From: Strigamia acuminata
Lineage: Eukaryota
Length of the DNA: 64,000 nucleotides
Reading direction: 5' to 3'
Assembly: GCA_949358305.1 (NCBI GenBank)
Contig: OX442314.1
Coordinates: forward strand, 23,932,001-23,996,000
Below the pieces are notes generated by a model. That model worked only from the letters and a program-made list of their open reading frames with translations. It was not told the DNA's origin and ran no database searches. Of the stretch, positions 50,158 to 60,200 are shown one piece after another (positions within the stretch are counted from its first letter, which is position 1; each line of letters opens with the position of its first letter). Made by a program: the position numbers and the translations under genes.

Positions 50158-51396
50158 TGAATCTCTCAAAAAATTGCCCTTGAAAAAGAGTGTCTCCCTC
50201 CGAATTTCGAAAATGCTTCACCATGTCGGACTTCTTCGTACCCAAACCTTGAACGACATTGAAACGTCGTTCGTCGCTAATTGCGTTCATAGCATTTCGA
50301 ACTTGTTGAAAAATGGCTTTGTTGGCGTAAAGCAATTCGTCTTTGTTCATGGGGTCGTTTGTTGACGAACGATCGTAGATTCTTGCCGTAATCGACCCAA
50401 CGCGCGCCATCATGCCGTTTAAGCGACGCAAAAAACGTTCTCGCGGAATGGAAAAGGACGTGTTTCGTGCCCCCACATAGGCCTCCACATCTTCGTCCAT
50501 TTTCTTCTTTTTCAAAAAGGGAACCTGTCGAGTCGGGCACGGAAAATCGGCCTTAAAACTGTTATTTTTGGCCGTCGAAACTGGTTTGCTCAAAATTCGA
50601 ACTATTTCCTTGGCGGACGATTCGTGGAGAAAAGGCGCATCTTCTTCGAGATCATCGGAGTCGTCCGACGATCGGTCGGATTCCTCGTCCTTTCGAGACG
50701 GCGATTTTCGCGATTTGGCGTGCGGTTTGTCTCTTTTCTCGAGTTCTCGTCGGAGACGTATAATTTCACGGTCCTTACGAGACAGTCTTGCGGAAAATTC
50801 TCGCTCATCGTCTGACGAGCTAGAGCGTGACGAACGGTCGGAATCATACTCTGAAACATCTGACTACAACCAGTCAGTAACAAGAGTGAGAATTTTATCT
50901 ACAATTCCGCATGAGAATTACTTACTTGATTTTCAGACTGAAATGTGCCCCACTCGTCTCTACGAGATCGAGACATTTTTGGCAATTCGGTAGACCCCTC
51001 CCGCTGAAGAGGGGCCCCACCTGTCTGATTCTGCGAGAAAGCCATAAAGATGAGCTTCTCGATGGCCTGGGAAGAAAGTCCCAAGTCGGGCGCCTGACTA
51101 TTCGCGACTTGCGAGGCGGTAAAGTCGGGCCCTCTCGGATCCCGTACATCATCGTTTCCAAAAGATTCGTCAAGGCGTTCTATCGTTTCATCTGATGGTG
51201 TGGGAACGATGGAACCATCTAATAGGATCCTCGATTGGGACGAGGAAGGCGGCGCGATGGGCTCGTGGTGAGTTTCAACACGCGTGGTGGTGGTGATAGG
51301 CTTAGTGGTGTTGGTGCGACCACGCGGTGGTCGTGCTCTTTTGGAGCTTAAAGAGTCATCTGCTGTCTTCTTACCTCTAACTTTAGTAGGGCTCAT
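49809..51396 (-). CDS. DIRS gag-like ORF in three exons (51396-50926, 50863-50158, 50095-49809), 487 aa
   Basis: Two 62-nt GT-AG introns; the spliced frame is open and ends in an RG-rich tail (RGRGRGGFTRNGNGLV*). Confidence 0.8.
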
Positions 51397-51712
51397 CGTA
51401 AAAGGTAGTCAAAGTGCAAAAAAGCGATATAAAACTAAAAAATAGCCAAAATTTTCTTGAACGCGAAAAATCACGTGTGGAGAACTTGGCTAGTAAAATT
51501 GGACTGGGGGTCAGGTCTCGGGCTAGACCATAAGTAGAGGTCAAGCCCTCCACCTGGTTTTTCTTTTAAGTACTAGTAAATATTAAATTAATTGGACAAG
51601 CCAATAGTTAAACAACATTTATTGCCTATGCTGTAATATAATTGTATAATGCACATTTAAATCTTTAAAGATGTTGATTTTGACATACACAAGATTTATG
51701 GTATGCTGCCGA

Positions 51713-53195
51713 AATTAAATACCGGGAGATTAAATGACAACTGTGTTACATTGATCGATTTGTGACAACTTATTTTATTTAGAATCAAAAGACACTTTAT
51801 GTAGTCAAATGGTGCGCTAATCCATTAATGAGGCTCGAAAAGATGATCCTTCATCCAACAAAACCACAGTATACTGTGAACAAAACGTATCTTAATGTCT
51901 TTTTGACTGCGGGGATATGATGTTGGCACGTATTTGTGGAACTGTTTGGAAAGATTGTGGCAAGAATTGGAGGTTTTTATTCGGAATGCGAGATGCAACT
52001 GTGAAGATAGTTTGGCTCTGATGGATGTAAGACACATGTTTTGGCAACATGCAGCGAAACGTGCCTTGCTGTGTATAATTTGATGACAAAGCACATTTGT
52101 AGTGACCATAAGTAGGATCAGCGAGAAGAACAAACAACATTCAAACGATGTCGGGGTTACGAATATAAACAACATTTAAATGCGCGACGTCGCGCATTTC
52201 AATAGTGGTGACATTCTACACGCGAACGCACGCGTCGCGTGTATGAATATCGCGCGCAATATGGATCACCAATTAATGGATGACAGATGAAGATGTCAGA
52301 AGTTTTTGTTGTAATAGATTTACAGGCGCCAATGTTGCCATTGACCTCAAGAGAAATTAGGGACACCATGTTGAGGACAATGCGGGAGGAGGAATGGAAA
52401 CACAAGAAGTTACTGACCTGTACGACCACCAATGAGAGACACTTTACTAATCCTCAGCCTGTATAAAGACTCACTTTTTAACGAATTAAAACACTTGTCA
52501 ACTTTTTCACTGTCAAACGTGTGTTCTCATTTCTTGAATATACAACATTTGTGTGTTTAAACAAGTTCAATTACTGGCTTTTAATGTGGTGCATAGCGTA
52601 ATTGCAAATTTGGTTTATTAGATTTAACATTTAAAATCTTATTCAGTTTTTAATTCGTGTTAGAACTCTGAAGGATTACGATTTGTTAAAGTGCAAGGGC
52701 GTCTGAGAATACTGGATAATTTTTTTTCCTTATTTATGTGTGAAATTTGAAATGAACGATTTCTTCGGAAGTTTACACGATTTCTAAAAGACTCTCCTTA
52801 ACCAATTTTATTTTTTCTCTTCTATTTAAAAGTAAAAATTTCTGACTTGATGGTTTATATACCGTACTGCAGAAATTGTGTTTATTAACTCACCTAAAGT
52901 ATCTACATAGAAATGCACTTGCAAAGATTGCAAGTGCAACTATAAATATTTTTTTAAAATGTTTTCATTCACTCTAATCAATATATCTCAAACTTCTTGT
53001 ACTGAAATTTAACTATTTAATTAACGTAGTACAAAAAAAAATTCATATAAGTTTTGTTGAATGAAGGATCATCCTTTCGAGCCTCATTAATGGATTAGCG
53101 CACCATTTGACTACATAAATGATTCTAAATAAAATAAGTTGTCACAAATCGATCAATGCGTACACACTAGTCATTTACTCTCCCGATATTTAATT
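51713..53195. mobile_element. Foldback element with ~150-bp inverted arms
   Basis: 51713-51864 is the reverse complement of 53051-53195 with few differences; no TSD or transposase ORF recognised. Confidence 0.7.
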
Positions 53196-53508
53196 AAAAC
53201 TACACTTTCTTTAAGAAAATATCAGCAGCACAAATCTTGTGTATGTAAAAATAAATAATCTTCAAAGTTTCGTTGAAGTAGCACATTCTTTGTAATGTAC
53301 GTAGTTTGATGGATGGTTTGAAAGGTGTTTATGGGTTTATGGGCAATCAGAGTTGCAATTAGTGGCCACTTCCGGTCAATTGGCGCTTGTCTCCAGGGAG
53401 ACAAGTCTGCCAATTGGTCCAATCCGTGATTGGACAAGAAAGATATTCTAGACCGGAAATGAAAGTGGGCCACAAGATTTTGCAACACTTCTGCAGCTAC
53501 GATAGAGA

Positions 53509-53566
53509 CATCGAGTCGCATCCAGTCGCATCCAGTCGCATCGAGTCGCATCCAGTCGCATCCAGT
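53509..53566. repeat. 10-bp tandem repeat CATC(G/C)AGTCG, ~5.5 copies
   Basis: Direct inspection. Confidence 0.9.
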
Positions 53567-53912
53567 AATTCCCGGACATTTTTCCTTCTTTGGCCACGCG
53601 GCCAAGAATGATTAAAAACGGCGATTCATCAATCAACGCAGTTACCACGTTCCGCGAAGGAGAATCGATCGCCAAAACGACGTTTTCACGTGCGCATTTC
53701 GAACAGGATTTTCTCGACGAATGCTGTTAAACCATCACGTGGATCGGGATTCCAAATTGTGAAATCCAACGAGAAGAATTAGTGCTCAACTGTAAGTTCC
53801 CTTGCTTTTTAGTCTTACGTTATTGTTACTTTTTAAATAATGCATCATTTCCTTCGTCTCTCAATCATGTCTAGGACATACGTCACGGTGAATAATCGCC
53901 ACAGTTCTCAAG

Positions 53913-55238
53913 ATGCCGCGCAGCAAATCAGCATCGAGACTGGAACAATTGTGTTTTGAAATAGTTTGCACCAATGTTGATAGATTAGAAACACAACTAG
54001 TGAATCTACCTTCTATCTTTATGTCGCGCGTGTATCAACGTATAGATCCGCAATTTTACCGGGAAGATAGACGCATATCTTCAAAGGCTTTTGTTCGCCC
54101 TGGCACCAAGTCGATTCATCATCCTGATATGTTTCATTTGCCCATGTATCCTTCTCTATTAGATAGAGTAGGACGACTTGGTGGAAACCTTTTACATTTA
54201 GACCTGGCCAGTAAGACTGATGTAAAAATACCACCTGAATACATGGTCAAACTACTGGGGCAATTGCCACAACTTCAATGGTTTCTTTTTGGAGGTTATA
54301 CGGAAGAATGCACTGAAGAAGTTATCGTTGCAATTGGTGAAAATTGTCTACAATTGCGACATCTAGAGTTAATGAACCGCAAAAAGGTTACGGATGATGT
54401 GCTTTATCATTTAAGAAATTGCAAAAAATTGGAGCATTTTGATGTCTCGTACACTAGCGTCACGTTGCAGGGATGTCTTTTTATTTTCAATCAACTGCCT
54501 CTTTTGAGAAGGTTTGTACATAATTGGTGGGAAATATTTTTTAATCAGTTAAAACAACAGTTCGTGTCGGAGGAAAAGGTGCGCACTTATTCCATCGAAA
54601 CAACTGGCTTTCAAGCAAGTATAAAAAATATTGAAGATTTCATCACTGTGACCACCATTTTCCCCAACTTATCTCGCCTAAAGGTGGATGCATCGGTAGC
54701 ATTGACTACTTTAGATTTGAATATTGTCTTGGCACGGGCACAACGATTGATCAGCTTACAACTCTCTCATTTTAAATTAGTTGATCTTAAACTTGTTGAT
54801 TATTATTGCCCATTGTTACAAATATTACATTTGGATGCTTGCACTATTTTGGACACTGCTGCACATGATTTAGCTCCGCAAAATTTGTTCAGAAACCTAC
54901 GTTTAGTAGGCATACATGCGGATGAATATGGTTTTACTGAATCACAGATGTTAGTCTTATTAACTCAGAATTTAGAATATTTATCTATTAGAAATTGTCA
55001 AACACTCACTGACAAGTTTATTTTAAAACTAGGTGAATTGTATGCAGTTAAAGGTTTGGCATTTTGTTCATGCCCCTCAATTAATCAAAGCATGATAATC
55101 AAGTTAGTAGAAATGAGAAATCCTATGGAGCGTTTAATAATACGACATTGTTTGAATATAGATTTGTCGGTTTCAGAAGAAATTGCCACTTATGTTAAAT
55201 CTAAGAACTTGAGTTTGGAACTATATTGGCGCCTATAA
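53913..55238 (+). CDS. LRR protein (FBXL/AMN1-like repeats) with an N-terminal BC-box-like motif; single coding exon
   Basis: 441-aa ORF; SRLEQLCFEIV N-terminal motif; LRRs such as IGENCLQLRHLEL...KVTD, CKKLEHFDVSYTSVT and LEYLSIRNCQTLTD; candidate 5'UTR intron 53792-53874. Confidence 0.75.
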   Translation: MPRSKSASRLEQLCFEIVCTNVDRLETQLVNLPSIFMSRVYQRIDPQFYREDRRISSKAFVRPGTKSIHHPDMFHLPMYPSLLDRVGRLGGNLLHLDLASKTDVKIPPEYMVKLLGQLPQLQWFLFGGYTEECTEEVIVAIGENCLQLRHLELMNRKKVTDDVLYHLRNCKKLEHFDVSYTSVTLQGCLFIFNQLPLLRRFVHNWWEIFFNQLKQQFVSEEKVRTYSIETTGFQASIKNIEDFITVTTIFPNLSRLKVDASVALTTLDLNIVLARAQRLISLQLSHFKLVDLKLVDYYCPLLQILHLDACTILDTAAHDLAPQNLFRNLRLVGIHADEYGFTESQMLVLLTQNLEYLSIRNCQTLTDKFILKLGELYAVKGLAFCSCPSINQSMIIKLVEMRNPMERLIIRHCLNIDLSVSEEIATYVKSKNLSLELYWRL

Positions 55239-57211
55239 TTAAACTTCGAATATTGACATCCAATTCCATGGCTGTTTTGTACCGTTTTGCCAGCGTTGGT
55301 GTCAAGCAATATGTAATTGTATGGTTTAGAAGTGAAAATAAAGTGTTCAATTTTACCATATTCATTGGAAAGTAGATCAAAAACTGCGCTAGGAAAGTCT
55401 ACTTTCCAATCTTATAATTAATTTTTTAATTTGTTTTTTTTCCAAATAACCAACATTTTAAGAACACACACTGACATCCGAATTGTGTAACTTTATTTGG
55501 ATACAAAACCAAGAAATACAAAAGACACATTATTTAGGAAGGAAAAAAAACCTTGTTGGAAGAGTGTCGTGTCCCTCTGACAACACCATCGTCTTAGAAA
55601 ATCGATATAGATTTATTTTTGGTCGCCAAGGAAACACACACATTGTACAGAATGTAAATAAAGAAACAGTTTTCGTGGTCTGAGCCGAAATCGATCGCAT
55701 TCTCACAGCCTAACTAATAAAAACAAAACAAAGAAACATTGTTTGTATTCACTTTAAAACTTTATTGACGATAAAATGGCCACACACGTAATTAATTTGT
55801 TTCTTATATATATTTGTATATATCTACCGTATATACAGTAAACAAACCGAGCATATTTACAGCTATACACATTTAAAACAAGTATACGAATGATATAATA
55901 GCCCATTTGGGTACAGCGAAATCCCAAACACTTCAACGTAGTCTCGTTCTGATGACCAGAACAAAATTGATTTAGCTGTCCTTCCGATTCTGTATTTTGA
56001 AGAAAAAACACGGGCGTTTAATGGATGGATGTCCGTAACACAGATCTTTCATGCTTTGTCGCATTAGTGAATGCCGTATAGTTAAAAATTAAGGCTATTT
56101 CAGACACCGGCACCATCTTAATCTATTACGTACCAAATTACAACATAATCACAACTTTTAATCGCATTATAGTTACAATAACCTGAGAATTTTTCTTTTC
56201 CCTTTGGAATACTTTATTAAATCTTCTCAATTCACATGTCACACGTAATTCAAATAAATTAAGCCAACAGTTCATTTGAAGTTTGCAAAAAGTAGCTGCC
56301 ATTATATATTTACATGAACAGTCATCGTTGTTGATCAAATAAAAATGGACAAAACTGGAGTATGGTACGGTTTTACAACAGGAATCACAGATTAAATTTG
56401 TTTTCTCGGTAATTATTTCATGCAGTAATGTATAGTAGCAATGCTGTGGTTGGTTTATAGTTATGTACACGTAACTATCCAAATTTAACTACCAGTCACA
56501 AATGTGGGGCCTGTATGAATAAAAATCCATAAATGCACAAAACACTCTTTACAATTTATTGTTTACTTGACGTTAAGCTAATTATCCACTTCCAGTTTTT
56601 GTATCTAACTGGGGCCAAGTGGCCGGACTAGCTTTTATTTAACTTGACATGACCGGTTGTATGTTTGTACGTTTTAACTTCCGACGTTGCTATGGTAGCG
56701 CGTGTGTCGGCGACTTAAACTACAAAAAACGTAGTATTTTTATATTTATTTGTTACCTATTAAATTTTGAAGTTAGTGCGGGATACCACACCATTGCTAC
56801 TCTTCTTATTCCATGACTCATTTTGTGCTCAACTACAAATCTAAACGTATATAGAGGAATAAATAAAATTGAGAATCGAGATGAGGAACAAATATAATAA
56901 AAACACTTTTCTCTTTCAAGGAACACGTCTTTCCTATGGGCGGATCCGATTCCATCTTTAGCCATGCCAAAATTATCACCATTTACCAAAAATAAAAACA
57001 ATCACTTTGTGCCGTATATATGAAAAAAAATTTTGACGATACTTCACTTTGTTATAATCTAAGTGTTTTCTGGTTAATGAATATATTACAACAGCTTTTG
57101 TAATAACCACCGACTTCATACACCACTTGTAAAATTTCTCATTATTAAACGGCAGACAACAGCCAATGTTTTGTTCGAAAAAAACATTCTTGTTTTAAAT
57201 TCATGGGTTTG

Positions 57212-60200
57212 CTAAAGCACTGTTTCGATTTCTGTGATTTCAATTGGAACTGGACTACATCGATATCCATGATGATGGTGTTGCTGTTGTCTTCCGAAGT
57301 ATGTCGGCGAATCCACACATTCGACCGAAATCACATGGTTTTCCTCCCAATCTCTGGTCTTGAAAACATAATTAGAACCGAGACCAATATGATAAGGAGA
57401 TCTGCAAAAAAGAATAACTAAATAAATCGAAAAACACTTTTAAATGACCTAATTGTGAACTCTACTACAATGGAGTAAGCGGTAAGCTAATCTAAGGAAA
57501 CAGAAATAGGCCTAATGTGTTTCTACTCCTATTTTTGCTTCCTTTACACTCTCTGGTAACTATAAAACTTTAAAAAAATATATCCTAAGGGCCAATTAGT
57601 GTAATGAAAGCGATTAGAAGCAACTAAGGGATTAACATTTTTATTTATTTATAAATCTGTTGCTATAAAACAAAGTTAATCTGATAAGCCTACCTTTAAG
57701 GGGATGATATACCTTACAGAAAACATAAACATCCTTTCTCTTGACAGTGATGGCTAAGGGGCAGAGGGATGCAAAGGAAACAAACCAAATAATGTTGAAT
57801 TAAACTAAGTTTAGAATTTTGTAAAACATGGATATTAATTTCACCCTATCTAATCTAAACACAATTCATTTGAAGAATCTCTCTAAGCCTTGCCAACACC
57901 TTTTTACTAGAGACATTAATAGATATGCGGATGTTAAATCGAGTTTGTACCTCTTTTGAGGAGAATTCCCACGTAGTTTTAACTCCCTTTCTAAATGTTT
58001 GATTTTGATTCTTGCCAAATCCAGATCTCGAGTCACCTTGACTAAGTGCGAGTCGCATATGGGATCATGGCAACGATGATGCTTTACAATATCGTGAGCT
58101 TCGAACACGGCGCCGCGGAATGTCAACGACTTGCCCATGGACTGCATCGACAAATCGATAAAAACCGGTATTTTTTATTATTTATTATTATTATTATTAT
58201 AATTTGTATTATATATCACCAAGCTTAGGAGAGAGCAGCAACCGCCAGTGTCCCTTTTTGCCAAATGTTTTCGCAAATACTTAAAATAAATATATTCAAT
58301 TGCGAGGAGGAGAAATGCCAAAAGAATTCCACACGCTAATAGGATGAATGCGCTCATGAACTGGTTCCAAGAGAGTGGCTTGCTTGATGTCCGCTCTTGT
58401 TTGTATGGATTGCATGCACCTGCCATCCAGAATCTTTGCAGTCGCTCAAGATCGCCTGAAAGGTGTTTCGAATTAAAATTTTATACATTTCCGAAGGAAA
58501 TTTACTACCATTTTCTCGGTATATCATCATATATCGATTGAAAGAATCTAAGTATTTGCTGTTTCTTGGAAAGGCAATACCGTATCCCGTCATGGAGTAC
58601 CAACCACCAACAGTGAGCAGTTTACATTCGTCGTCTTGACTGACCAAATAATCGAGCACGGTCGCGTCGTAGACAAATGCTTCTAGTTTACTACTCAACA
58701 AAAGTAAAAATACAATAAAATTATTTAATAGAATATGAATTGCCTAAACTAATAAAAAATATATATCAGTCCAAGTGTGTTACCATAGTTACCCTTTTTT
58801 AATATCTGACACTCCCTCCTGCACTGTTGGTCTATTAAACTTTTTCATCCAGCTGTACATTTCTGGGAAACCCTTTTGCATGATCACTTCCGTGTTGGAA
58901 TAGGGAATGGTTCCAAATCGAAATGGAGGCTTCACTGAATATGGGTTCAAAAGCTGTTAAAAAAAATAAAAAATCGAAAATAAAATATTTTATTTTTTAT
59001 TGAAATAAATGTTTAAAAAAAATACCAATTTATCGCTAATGCCTGATAATTCATAAAACTCTTCTCTGGTAATCATAAAGGCAGCCAAGTTAGCTGTGTA
59101 TATAGCGAGGAAGACAACAGCAAACAAAGCCCACATATTGGACATGAAGCGGGCCGTGTAACCACGAGGACAATCCACGTTCACTGCAGCTCCGAATAAA
59201 ATCGCCCAAACCATCCAGTATGTACGGAAAAGGGAGAATTTATGATCTACAAATCAATTCATTTAACTTTTAACATTGACAAGTACAATTTAATAACGGG
59301 AATCACCTCTAGGTGGCTGGATCTTCATGTTGTAGCCTGAAGGGCTGCACCATTCAAATATGAAAATAGCAAACGTGGCGACTTGAATACTCACGACGAG
59401 AAGCAACAACCACGACATTGTATCAAATGGTTCTGCAACAAAAATGAATTTAGCACATCGTTTACGTCCCTGGCTCCGATTTTCATATAAAAAAAACTCA
59501 TTCCAATGGGAAAGCTTATTATCTTTTACTAAATAAAAATGTTTTTTACCAAGAAAGGCTTTAGGAGACACAATGCCAGTTCTTTTAGCCACAACAACAC
59601 CTAAAATAAAACAAAAAAACATCTCAATAAAAAATAAAAAAATTACTTAAAAAAAATTTTTTTTTTTAAAATGACATTTCTCAACAGTGATACTAGACGC
59701 ATTCATAAAATAATGTTTAACTTGCAATTAAACAGATTTTTGTTGTTTAAATGTCGTGCGCAAGCCCACTGCAACTGAAAGCAGACTAAATTGTAGGGTT
59801 GCACGGAATATTCGGTTTACATTCGGTTATTCGGCATATTCGGTCAAAAAATCTAATATTCTGTATTCGGCCAAATACATTATAATGATAAAGTTAGACA
59901 AATTTGATCGCTATTTTCGAAGTTAGATCGAGACAAGCAGTATAAATATATTGTTTACAATGCTGTTTAGTTTAAATTACTTTATGAATGCGAATCCGCC
60001 TACTGTGCGACGGGAAAGACATGGTGAGAGAATATTAAAGAGGTCGCTTCTCCGCGCTACACTGAAGTCGTTGTAGCGGGGTGAAGCTAACCTCTTTAAT
60101 ATTTCCTTCCAAAGTTTTTCCCATCACAGCTACAACTATTTTTTTATTTGGTGATAAAGTATGTCGTAAAACACCATTCAAAGTACATGATATACAAACT

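Larger units (their letters stand above)
46436..51644 (-). mobile_element. Full-length DIRS1-type tyrosine recombinase retrotransposon (5.2 kb)
   Basis: 134-bp inverted terminal repeats (ITRs) at 46484-46617 and 51494-51627; internal complementary region ~46804-46904 matching both outer ends; gag, RT/RNase H/MT and YR ORFs; AATTG at both termini. Confidence 0.97.

Noticed and set aside
48011..50593. The 860-aa ORF as a standalone pol protein
   Set aside because: It begins at an internal TTG in gag, reads through intron 2 and stops inside intron 3; the spliced model fits conserved motifs better.
51907..52083. Short plus-strand frame (LWNCLERLWQELEVFIR) faintly like a DDE transposase C-terminus
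   Set aside because: No start codon and no catalytic motifs; the resemblance cannot be supported without an HMM search.
53222..53675. ORFs with CDWMRLDAT repeats
   Set aside because: Translation of the 10-bp tandem repeat.
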